Source of the DNA: Octopus sinensis
Lineage: Eukaryota
NCBI RefSeq assembly: GCF_006345805.1
Contig: NC_043004.1
Location: 87,854,001-87,918,000 of the forward strand
Direction: 5' to 3'
DNA length: 64,000 bases
This document shows, in pieces, positions 49,155 to 61,562 of this stretch. Position 1 is the stretch's first letter; each line of letters starts with the position of its first letter. The notes beneath the pieces are model-generated. The model ran no database searches. It worked only from the letters and a program-made list of their open reading frames with translations, and was not told the DNA's origin. Both the position numbers and the translations under genes were made by a program.

Positions 49155-49674
49155 TATATTATATAAAATCCGTTCTGTGTGTGTGTGTGTGTGTGTGTTC
49201 TAGGATCTCAGGCATCCTCCATCCGATTGCACTAAAATTTGATATGTAGATACCGACGGTATCAGGGCGTGTATAAGTCTTGAAAGAATTACAAAAATCG
49301 ATTCCAGGTGAGAATGGGATCGATAAAACCGTGGGAACGTGCATTTTTGTACATGCAAGTACATCAGCTGTTGCGATCAATACTATCACGTACGCGAGGA
49401 AAATGCATGTGCAGTGTACACAAAAAAGCCGGCTGGCTTGAAATAATGCCACAAAATGCAGTATATTTAAGAGACCCAAAAAGTAAGTTGCAAAAGAGAT
49501 ATTTTCTTCAAACTTGGCATGAAGGAAGGAAAGACTATTTGGTTTCTCTAGAAGTTTTTTTTTGCCTTAACTTCGTTTAACAAAACCAAAAATTTTATTG
49601 AAATAAAGGCATGCTTAATTATTTTTTAATGAAAAGAAAACACTAATTAAATTTGGATTGGGGCGTTTTGCTCG
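49155..49674 (+). mobile_element. Non-autonomous Helitron-like element in (TA)n
   Basis: Homolog of 35479-36035; 3' gggcgttttgCTCG|T. Confidence 0.75.
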
Positions 49675-49901
49675 TATATATATGTGCATATGTGTATATA
49701 TATATATTTATGCATATGTATGTGTATATATATATATTTATGCATATGTATGTGTGTATATATATATATATATATGTATATAAGTGTATTTTTTAAATTA
49801 ATTTTATTGTACTTTATAGTAGGTTTTAAAATGTTTATATTATTTTATTATTATATTGGATATAGCTTTCTATGTGTATTCCAGAAAATAAGGTTGTCCT
49901 G

Positions 49902-49954
<53 letters not shown>

Positions 49955-50149
49955 CATACATACTGCTAGTAGCTGAGATGCCAACTTTCTACATTAATAA
50001 CTCTCCAACCTATGCCACCATGGAACATAAGTGAAATGTTAAAAGAAAGCTTTCAACTCACATATGTATGTAAAGTAAATACACGTAATTCAGAAACACA
50101 TTTTGTGTAGCTTATTTCGTAACCAAAAAACAGGTACAGATTTTAAACA

Positions 50150-51000
50150 ACGAAAGGCCGATTCTGGTGATTCATTTGATAGAGTTTGTAGAGAACCAAT
50201 CTGCTGATAAATCTGACCTTGGATCTTGAAAGTTTGCATGAATCCTGGCTCAGTTAAATCTCTTGTGGCACCAAATGATGTCATCTGTAGCGCAGCATTG
50301 TATTGTCTAATTTTGTTTTGGAAGTGCTTGGAATCTTGTTTGGTTGATGACAGCAGTTTCTTCAATGGCTCTGGAGGTTGGGCGATTGCAGGGAGTTTAA
50401 CCTTTCCACCACTGAAGCACAAAGCAGGTGTCTCTCCAGGCCACTTCCTTGCTTTACAATGTATACACTCAGTTGTTATTGCACCAATGGAAACTAGTGT
50501 CATCTGCATAATGAACTGCTGGATCATAATTGAAAGCTGCTTCATAGAAGTTGCTTCTCTGAGTTGTTGCAACTGCTCTTCGTTCTGCAGTGGAGATCCT
50601 ATTCCTTGTCAGCCGTGCATGCCTCTGTTCACCACTTTGAGATGCTCTGGCTTTAGTAGTGTACAGTCTGTTCATTTTGCTTCCCTTTTTGCAGCCGTCT
50701 CTCTTTCCCTGGACAGAGACATTCTTTTGGCTAACCTTGACATTGTAGACGAATTTGACACTTTCCTTCTAGGCATGGTTATATACGTATACAGAAATAC
50801 ACGGGTGTAGTAGATAGTAAACAATGAAACAATAACTGGGTAACGGAAATTATATTTCTTAATACGACAGGCAGAAACTGAATAAGAAATTTTTACAGAA
50901 AATAAAGAATTGTACGGGTTGAAGTGAAATTTGTCAGTGAACCAAAGAACCAGTAACGAAGGAACCAGAAAAAAATCGCTAACAACAGAAAAACACAAAA
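50150..51000 (-). pseudogene. Helitron Rep/helicase N-terminal fragment
   Basis: MPRRKVSN...AAFNYDP, then after a frameshift IGAITTECIHCKARKWPGETPALCFSGGKVKLP...HFQNKIRQYNAALQMTSFGA...FKIQGQIYQQIGSL, typical of the Helitron N-terminal region. Confidence 0.9.
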
Positions 51001-52894
51001 CCGTTGCAAAAGTAAATCAGAAATTTTTAGGGAAATTAACTAAGTGTATGGATTTTTGAAGTTACTTCTGTCAGTAAATTATGAACTTGCTTTTATCAGT
51101 AATTCTGTCCCCCCCCCCCCCAAAAAAAACAATGAACACAAAACGTTACAAAAGTAAATAAGAAATTTGTAAGCAAATTTAATAAAGTGTACAGTTTGAA
51201 GTGAAAGACGTGAATCTAATATTAAAAGATTTTTTTTATGACCAATGGATATAAGGGAGACAATCTTTTTCTGAAAGTTACTTTAGAGTTACCTCCCTTC
51301 ACCACGTAATCGTGGAATGGTTTATTCCGCCTTACTCATTATGTTAAAAATTTTAAGTCTATGTATATACATACATGCATACATACTTACATACATACAT
51401 ACATACATACATACGTGTGTGTGTGTGTGTATATATTTGAGAAAATTTGTTGAAAATGCACCTAAATTTGAAAAACTTGTAATTGTTTAAAATAAATTTT
51501 ACATATATACCAAACTAGTTTCAACAATATTTTTTGTCTATGAATGGTAAAAATTATGAATTAGAAAAACATCTTTAAACGTTTCAATATTGACGAATTG
51601 AAAAGTTCATAACAGAGAAATTTAGAATTATCAATTAGAAAGTCATGTTCAGAAATTTCGATGTTGACAAGTTTAAATGTTCATAACAGTCAATAATATT
51701 AAAACTGTGCATCAATTTGTTTGAATGCACAAAGCTCATTAGTGTTAGTAGCAATCGATAAGAAATGAATATCATCAAAGTTTCAGTCATACTGCGTTTA
51801 GAGGGGAAAAACAAGGGAGAAATGAAGATAGTAAAAAAGGAATTTAGTTTACAGTTTCTCTGATCGTTTTTCCGTCGCGTGTAGGAACTTTCGCTTGTAA
51901 CGGTGTGTTTTGGAATCCGGTGTATTTATAATGTTTTTCGCGAGCGGATCTGATTTTCGATTCGTTGAAGTACTGGTGGTGACGTCTTGTTTTTCTGGTG
52001 GTCATGTTTGTCGTTCTGCCTGGCTGGCTTCCCTGTGGGGAGCGGTCATCACTCGTTCCAGTTGTTTGATTCTCTTAAAGGGTCATTTTACTTTTTCACT
52101 CTTTTACTTGTTTTAGTCATTTGACTGCAGCCATGCTGGAGCACTGTTCAGTTTTGATTGGTCTAGAATTAGGTGACGTCAGCAACTGGTGTTTGTATGG
52201 TGATTTGGAGTTGTGGTTTCGAAACCCAACACACACGGACACACACACAAGCCCTGATAAATACAACACACACAAACATACACATCCACACATACCCATA
52301 CACACATACATATGCACCCTCACACACACAAACCACAAGGACGATTGAAACAACACAAACATACTCAGACAGAGACACACACACATAACATCCCCACCAA
52401 CACAAAACACACAAATATACACACGCACACACACAGACGCACACATACATATGCACTCTCACATAGACATACGGTGGCTCTCACACATACACACTCACAC
52501 CACCAGAACAATTATAACAACACAATCATACTCAGACAGAGACACACACACGCAAACTCACGTACACATCCACTCACGTACTCACCCACTCACGTAAACA
52601 CATACTCACGTACACACACCCTCAACACTCACGTACACACACACACTCAACACTCACGTACACACACACACCATTCTGACCTCTAAGACCAGTCCCCAAA
52701 ATCACTGAACAATGACAGACTAGCCCAGAAACAAAAAAATCCTTTTAATTTCACATTGCTCCTCCTTCCCCCGCCCCAACCAACCTCCCACACTGTCCCT
52801 TAAAATAGCAAACATTCCCTAGCTATACAAAAAAATGCCCACAAGTCAGGTTGGTGTCTCCAATTTTTTGTAAATTCTTAAACATATCTCCTTC

Positions 52895-52927
<33 letters not shown>

Positions 52928-54761
52928 TTCGGTTAGCATTCTTCACTCCACTCTTACCACCTCTATTCACTACAAACACACAGACTCACACTCATACCTC
53001 AACTTCTCTTCCTCCCACCCAGAACACACCAAGCTTTCCATCCCCTATTCCCAATTCCTCCGTCTACGTAGGCTCTGTAGTGACGACCATGACTTTGAGA
53101 CTCAGTCTCAACGTATGGCTCACCACTTCACCCTACGTGGATACCCCCTTACCACTATCCACACCGCCCTTGCCAGAGCACGGTCCGTGGACCGTGTATC
53201 TGCTCTCTCTCCCCGAACCGCCCCTGTAGTCTCCCCCCCTCCCTTTTCCCCTCACTTACCACCACCACCCCACGACCCTACGTCTCCAACGCACCATTCT
53301 TCGAGCTTTCCGTCATCTCCAGTCCGACCCGTCCACTTCACACCTCTTCCCTAACCGACCCCTTCCCTCTTTCAAACGAGCCCACAACCTTCGAGACCTT
53401 TTGGTCCATAGCTCCTTCCCTGACCCTACCTCCCCCCACCCGGCTCGTTCCCCTGCTCCCGCCCACGTTGCCGCACTTGCCCTTACCTCTCCAACACCAC
53501 CCGCCTCACTAGCACCCACCATCGACCCCTATCCCATCATCCACTCCTTCACCTGCACCTCCAGCAATATTATCTATTGCATCTCTTGTTCTCTCTGCAA
53601 TTCCTTGTACATCGGACAAACGGGACGCCGCTTGGCTGACCGGTTCGCGGAACACCTTCGTGACATCCACCTTGCGAACGACACACACCGGTCTCACGCC
53701 ATTTCCGCTCCACCGGTCACTCCTTGCAACACCTATCTGTGTTCGGTTTGTCCTTACACAGAGGCCATCCGGATTCCCGTTTGCGCCGTGAACAGGAATT
53801 AATCTTCTCTCTTCGCTCTTATACGCCATTTGGTCTCAACTCTCCCCCCCTCCTCATCTAACTCCCCTCCCCCCTCCTCACCTATCCCCACTTCTTCAGT
53901 CCTTCATCCTTTCACCTACTCCCCTTCCCTTTCTTCCCTCTTTCTCCCTCCCTCTTCCCCTTCCCTCTGCTCCCTCTCTCCCCTTCCTTCTCCCCCCCCA
54001 TCCTCTCCTCTTCCCCCTTCTCCTCCCCCTCTCTTTTCCCCTCCCCTTCTCCCCTTCTCCCCCTCTTCTCCTCACTACACCACATGACTTTACACATCAC
54101 ATCACATATGATGTGCCATACTAATACACACACCAAAATACATACTAATACATACTAATACATACTAGTACATACTAATACTTACACCAACCCTATACAT
54201 ACACACGTCCAGACCCCGCATACGCACTTATACTCTCTCACACACCACACACCAACATATACATACCAATACGTACTAATACATACTAATACATACTAAT
54301 ACATACACCAACCCCATACATACGCACGTCCAGACCAATCCTACGCACTAATACTCTCTCATACACACACACACACACACACACACACCCTTATACATAC
54401 TAATACATACACCAACCCTATACATACACACATCCAGACCCCTCCCACGCACTTTTAGCTGGTTCCTCAACCCCTTTTATCAACCCTATTATCTCCCCTT
54501 ATTTCGCTCTCGCGTCTCATGTTTGATCTTTGACCTCTGGCCGAAATCAGATCGCCATGTTGATTCGTTAGCTACTGCACGCATTTTTTTTCTCTCCTTC
54601 TTTCTGTGTTTTTCTCTCTCTGTGTATCTTTCTGTTGAAGAGCGTAGGCTCGAAACGTTAAAGACTTGTTTTATTTATATTTCCTGAGCGCCATACTAAT
54701 ACAATTGTTCGTTTGTTTTCCACCTGCCTTCGTCTTTTGTTTATTTCATAAAGCTTCCCGT
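52928..54761 (+). mobile_element. 5'-truncated Penelope-like element (RT C-terminus, GIY-YIG endonuclease, 3' region with hammerhead-like motif), bracketed by (TA)n
   Basis: YKHTDSHSYLNFSSSHPEHTKLSIPYSQFLRLRRLCS...RGYP (52931-53210); SNIIYCISCSLCNSLYIGQTGRRLADRFAEH...PVSRHF...REQELIFSLRSYTPFGLN (53520-53840); frameshifted. Confidence 0.93.
54627..54664 (+). ncRNA. PLE-associated minimal hammerhead-like motif
   Basis: TCTTT-CTGTTGA-A-GAGC gtag GCTC-GAAA-CG-TT^-AAAGA: perfect 5-bp stem I, 4-bp stem II, ACGT palindromic stem III; core A6 replaced by U. Confidence 0.6.
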
Positions 54762-54762
54762 T

Positions 54763-54857
54763 TATATATATATATATATACACATACATACATATATATA
54801 TTATATATATATATACATAATACATAATACATATATATATATATATAAGATACATAC

Positions 54858-54889
<32 letters not shown>

Positions 54890-54978
54890 ATATATACATA
54901 CATATATATATATATATACATACATATATATATATATTATATATATATTATATATATATACATACATATATAGATATA

Positions 54979-55011
<33 letters not shown>

Positions 55012-55171
55012 CTACATATATACATATATATGTATGTATATATATATACATACATATATAATATATATATTATATATACATATATATATATAATATTATA
55101 TACAATATATATATATTATATTACATACATATATATATATATTACATACATATATATATTCTATACATACA

Positions 55172-55206
<35 letters not shown>

Positions 55207-55359
55207 TACATACATATATAGTATATATACATACATATATATATATATAACAATATATATATATATACATACATATATATATATTATATAACATATATAT
55301 ATATATTACATACATATATATATTATTACATACATATATATATATATATACTACATAAT

Positions 55360-55390
<31 letters not shown>

Positions 55391-56310
55391 TATACATACA
55401 TATATATATATATATATATACATACATAATAATATATATACATACATACATACATACAATATATATATACATACATACACTCATACGGACACACATACAT
55501 ACACACACACATACCTATACACACACTCGCATGCACGCGCACACACATGCATGCGCTCGCGCACGCACACATACATGCATGCACGCATGCCTGTGGGTTC
55601 TGGCTTTATCTCGGGTTCGTGTCTGGGCCGGCGCGTTGTGCCTGGGGTTTCTCTTTCGCCTGTCACCGCAGGAGTATTTTCCATCATTCTTTCAGTTGCG
55701 AAGTGTGTCCTTGCATGCATATATATACACACATATAAACATATAAACACACATATAATACCCCTACATTTTGTACATACACGCACATACATACATACAT
55801 TCACTCCCACGCAATTACACACACACATTTACATATATATATACAATACACGCACACACACATACACACGTACAAACACACGAATTCACATACACACCGA
55901 CACATATACATACACACAACATGTACCTCCATGCGCACGCACACATACACATACGTACACACATATAAGCACAGACACACACATACATACGCACACCAAA
56001 ACATGCGCACACATACGCACGCACACATACATACATGCACACAATTATACATATACGCACATACAAGCACACACACACACCCACACATACACTTAGTTAA
56101 GCACAGTTACTCGCCATACACACACAAAAACGCACACGCACACACACACATACTACAACAAAACACACACACGAGACATATACACGCACACACTTTCCTC
56201 CCTGTTTCTGACCTGCCTTCCTGACTCCCTACTGCTGCTTGCCACTAGCCTTGCCCACCATATACACACATACACACACATACACACACACACGCACACA
56301 CTCACAGACA
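54763..56310. repeat. Compound (TA)n/(TACA)n/(CA)n low-complexity tract
   Basis: Direct reading; explains the many YI/HT-rich ORFs. Confidence 0.95.
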
Positions 56311-56488
56311 CACCCTTGTCATCTTGCACGCCGTTGTTTACCATTCCTTCTTTGATTCCGCTCTCCTGTTTTTGAAAACCTGCTCCTTCTTTTTTACCAC
56401 TTCCGCCTTTTCAGTATGTGACCTCGTGAAGACCACTTGCATTTTTTTCCCCCTCTGTCCCCCACCTCGGGATCTTTCTTTCTCCTAT

Positions 56489-56523
56489 GTTTCCGACGAA
56501 GAGCTCCGCTCGAAACGTCATAC
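56489..56523 (+). ncRNA. Second minimal hammerhead-like motif
   Basis: GTTT-CCGACGA-A-GAGC tcc GCTC-GAAA-CG-TC^-ATAC; U4 replaced by C; stem I has one mismatch; followed by the same ttcctgagcgcc segment as 54680-54692. Confidence 0.5.
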
Positions 56524-56613
56524 CCTCCTTCTTCCCTTCTTTCCTGAGCGCCCATAATACTTTATTTGTTCCACATCCTCACGTTGTTGTCTTTTTTTTT
56601 CTTGTTTGGATTA

Positions 56614-56680
<67 letters not shown>

Positions 56681-57248
56681 CATGCAACCAAAACAAACAT
56701 GATTTATATGGAAATCAATACTTTTTTTTGACTATTTTCTTAAATACTTTCTTGTAAACTATTTTAACATTTTCTTATTATTATCAAAGAATGTGTATAT
56801 GTGTATATGTATTCTCGGTCGTCCAAACCACCACGATCAACAGGCCGCAGAAAGTGATTGATCATATCCCTTTGACCTACGATCTCAGCCATGTCAGGCG
56901 AAGTTCAAATGGACAGGAGCTGACCTATTTAAGTACAAACTCTGCTGCAGTGTGTCTGTCTTTCTAGCTACCACGATTATTATAAATACGGTGGTCAACA
57001 GACAGACAGGGGGAAGAAAGGCCTAGCAGGAAAACGAGAAAGGTCTACGACACGACAGGTTTTGAATGACCACAGAGACCCGAGAGAAATTTTCGAAGTT
57101 CCACGGTTGACTACTGGACTCAGATGATTTACCCGCGCGCGCGCGCACACACACACACACACAAACATATTCATTTCTGACACAGCACTTCCACAGATGT
57201 ATCCTGTTTCTATTTCTAGCAACTCGTAGCAGTTGTCAACATTTTGCA

Positions 57249-57675
57249 TGTAGTGAAGAATTATGTGTACCAACGACAAATTAAGTCAAGTGAATAAATT
57301 ATTTTAAACTATGAATTGATTCACTTATTTGTTTACTTCAAAGGCATACACATTCCTTTTGCATCCGTTCACCTGATACACACACATAACCACTACATTT
57401 GGTGACCCCGTCATCGAATTGCGGCCTTCCCTTGAACCAGCTTCACCAACCGAACTGCATTTGGAAAATGAAGTCATTTTTGTACTGCGGTTGAATTTTC
57501 CATTTCGGCACTACGCTCCGTGATCTCATCGAAGAATCACAGCTTGCACATCACCCGGCAACGAAACAGAACTGAGAATTTCTGCGAACACAATGGCTCT
57601 CCCAGAACAGAATCCAGCGGCGAACATATCTCCTATCGACATGACATTTCAAGCGGCAATTACGTTGAGAAAGCC
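57249..57675 (+). mobile_element. LTR retrotransposon 5' remnant: 149-bp LTR, tRNA-Trp-type PBS and start of leader/gag
   Basis: TGTAGTG...CACTACA inverted termini (57249-57397), AATAAA at about 57293, then tt, then TGGTGACCCCG at 57400-57410. Confidence 0.75.
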
Positions 57676-58679
57676 TTCAGATTTTAAAATATGCTAGACC
57701 ACTGGTTTTAAATTGATTTTAATCAAATTATTATTCAAGTTTTCACCCTTATTATTTTAAATTCAAATTTAAATAGCTATGTTCTCTAACCGGCAAAATT
57801 CACTGCAGAGAATTATTTTCTGCAGAAATATTTCCGGTAGTTTAGCGCGCCAAAACGAAGGCTTTTGAAAAATGACTCCAATTGTAATTGGTAGAACTGT
57901 ATACATGTTCAATCTCATGCGGACGTCTCGTGTATAGTTCTGCAAATTATAGTTGCTAAGACGATCACACTGACGAGTTTGCGGATGATTACGTAAATGA
58001 TTATGTAAACATGTAAGCATTAACAACGAAACCATGGTGTGTGATTAATCTATATTTTGTATCTTTTCATTTGTCTTGCTCGCTTATGTTTTGGCGTTTG
58101 CTAAATTTTTCTTGAGAACATTACCTTCTAAGTGGTAAGACCATAGCGGATCTTCTTCTAGCATAATGGATGTCCACTTACAGGTCATCCTTTTTATATG
58201 TATGTAATATAATATTTTCTGAAACTTCAGATTTTAAATATGCTAGACCACTGGTTTTAAATTGATATTAATCAAATTAATATTCAATTTTTCACCCTTA
58301 TTATTTTAAATTTAAATACATATATATGTATATGAGTATATATGTATGTATATATATGCATATATATGTATGTATACTCATCTATTATTATTTATCTCTA
58401 TACATATATCTATTTACGTATTTATTGGCTGATTTCATTCGTTTACTTTTACCACTTAAACACATGTTTGTTATCATTTAATAAATAGATATAATGGAAT
58501 GTTTACTGGCTGATGTTTGTCGATTTCCTATCCTCTCCATTTTCTTGTTCAATTGCTATATTGCCATCCAAAGTAAGCACTTGGTTAAAAATACGTAGGT
58601 ACACATCCAGCAGTATATTGGATATTTAATATCCCTTAGTTTCTTAACCTCTAACTCATACGGACATATGTGTCTGTGT

Positions 58680-58692
58680 ACATATATATATA

Positions 58693-58754
<62 letters not shown>

Positions 58755-59048
58755 CATATATATACATACACATATACACATACACATACATACACACATA
58801 TATACTCTCACACAAATACATATATATACACATACATATTTATGCATACATATATAGATACATATATATACATGCATATACACATAATTCACATACATAT
58901 ATGTACACATACACATACATACGCATATACACACATATACAGATATATATACATAAATATCCATACGCACACACACATTTGCACAATACATACACACCCA
59001 CATATACATACATACATACATACATACATACATACATACATACATACA

Positions 59049-59116
<68 letters not shown>

Positions 59117-59170
59117 GTACACATACATATTCCGACACTACATACATATATATATGTATACATCCATATA
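58680..59170. repeat. (CA)n/(TA)n/(TACA)n microsatellite tract
   Basis: Direct reading. Confidence 0.95.
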
Positions 59171-60066
59171 AACCTATATCCCTATATTTTTATGTAAATA
59201 AACGTACATACCTGCACGCACTTATATATATATATACACACACACCTATAGATTTTTCCACACATATATTCACATGAATACATGTGCACACGTCTACACT
59301 GGCAACCTGTATACAAAAAATAAAAGAAGTATTAAAAAATCATATTATTTATGGAATGACCCAATCCATTCAAAGTAATGCCTCAGTATTGTAGCGATAT
59401 TGTTAAAAAAAAAAGCGTTAGACAGCGGGTCTGTGCTTAACCCTGATCAAAAGTATTCCTTTCATGATCTTCCCAGCTTTTGTATACATAAGACCACATT
59501 ATCCACGGGTAATTCATCAGAGTTTCATCTGAGAGTAGTTTACTTGAATATTTCTAAGTGGCCATACGACTATGCACGGACTCTTTATGTCATACTGTTT
59601 GTTTTAGTTTGACGACAATCAAATTAAAATCGGACAGCATTGTGCATTTCTATTATAGTCACAAAGCTTTAACACTTCGAATGTATTCATCGATGGTTAA
59701 CAAAAACACCCACTGATGCCTACGTAAGTAGATTTTAACACAGCCATTGATACCAATGTAAGCAAGTTTATATCTATCAATCGACGTTGACAAAACACCT
59801 ACTGATGTTGAAAGTAAGCAGATTTTAAATCTATCAAAAGACATTGCCAAAAAAATATACATTGACACCACTGAAAGCGAGTTTTAACTCTGTTAAAGGA
59901 CGTTGACAAAAACCTACTGACACCAATGTTAATAGGTTTGAAATCTATGAATGGACATTGACGAAAAAACCGTTGGTACTAATGGAAGAGTAAGAAGGAG
60001 AGAGAGAGATAGAGAGAGAGAGAGAGATAGAGAGAGAGAGAGAAAGAGAGAGAGAGAAAGAGAGAA

Positions 60067-60111
<45 letters not shown>

Positions 60112-60479
60112 CAAGGGATAATTTGTAGCTGCTTTGATGTATGTTTTCTTTTTTGTGGGGACAGATACACAACAAACATTGGTTGGTGTTTCCGTTATAT
60201 GGATCCGATAACGAAGCACAATACCAAGTGTTTCATCACAGTGCAACCAGATCAGATCCATGCTAGCATGAAAAAAAAAGATGTTATGCAAACAGTGGTA
60301 ATGCCGATTGATGATGAGTGATTCAGGGGAAGGTAAGGGTCTTAACCTGAACACGGTTCTACCTCGTTCTTGTGGGTCGTCAATGTGAGCACCCGTATTG
60401 CGAAAGATAGAGCAGAGTTGTATGACCTTATGTTTTCTTTGAAGTTAACATAATGTGGTTGTTGAAGGTCTGACAACAG

Positions 60480-61200
60480 AGATCGTAAGTATGGATGAAA
60501 TTTTTTTCCTAACTGGAGGCAAGACTTTCCTTTTATGGCAGCAACTGTTAAAGCATCCGTCTGATGGTCGCTCTGAAGAAAAATGTTTGTCTCTACAAAA
60601 CTGACACAATGTGTTCATGTCACCACAGTTATGAACCTGAGCATTCTCTTCATTACAAGTATGATTGTTTACTAAATTTACATGATTTCCAACTCTGCAC
60701 ACAACTCTTATGGCGTTCGCATTCCGCTACTTTCGATTATTTCTTCGTTCTTCCGCTTCAGTATTAAATAATTCTTCCATTCTTCTCCTCATTCGTTCTC
60801 TGCGAACATTTGCTTCTTTCGTTTCATTCTCTAGGCTTAGTCTCTCTCTCTCTCTCAGATCCTCTTTCCTCTCTTCTGCTTGCTCTTCCGTTTCACATTG
60901 GCGCCTTTGCGATGTTCCCTCCTTTGTGCTGCTTGCACTTCCGTTTCATCTTGGCGCTTTTGTGCTGCTCTCTGTCTTTGGATATCCCTCCTTTGTGCAA
61001 TGAAATTCTCCTTCTCATTTTGACGTCTTCGAGCCTGTCGTCTTGTATCTTGTGCTCTTCTCTCTAGTCTCATTTCTTGTGATTGATTTAATAATATATT
61101 TTTTAGTCTTCTTGCGTCCAGTTCTTCCTGAGTGAGACTGGCTGTTCTTCGCCTTTGTCTATCTCTGGCTAACAGTCACCTTCTGTCTGCCATTCTGTTG
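60480..61200 (-). pseudogene. Second Helitron N-terminal fragment (different family)
   Basis: Charged Arg/Gln/Glu-rich repeats followed by HNCGDMNTLCQFCRDKHFSSERPSDGCFNSCCHKRKVLPP (CxxC...CC Zn-like motif of RepHel N-termini). Confidence 0.75.
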
Positions 61201-61227
61201 GCAAAGAATCCAAACTAGATCGAAAAC

Positions 61228-61312
<85 letters not shown>
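61228..61312. repeat. (ATCT)n tetranucleotide microsatellite
   Basis: Direct reading. Confidence 0.97.
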
Positions 61313-61313
<1 letters not shown>

Positions 61314-61562
61314 ATGTATATCAAAATAAACAAAAAGGATGTATCTTTGTTGCTTATTTTGATTCTAATCACCTTATTTTGAAATTGTATGGATAATACC
61401 GTACTAAATTCTGGTGCCTCAACTTAAGTACCATATTCATCTGAATCTAAATTTTTGCTGAACGTATATATATATATATATTCATACACACACGCACACA
61501 CATACATACATATTATATACATATATACATACATGCATATATATATATATATATACATATAT

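Noticed and set aside
54658-59197. Numerous long YI/HT/CV-rich ORFs
   Set aside because: Translations of (TA)n, (CA)n and (TACA)n microsatellites.
59500-59530. Other CTGATGA hits (59513, 21649, 13293, 26417, 31361)
   Set aside because: No stem II followed by GAAA and no stem I complement.
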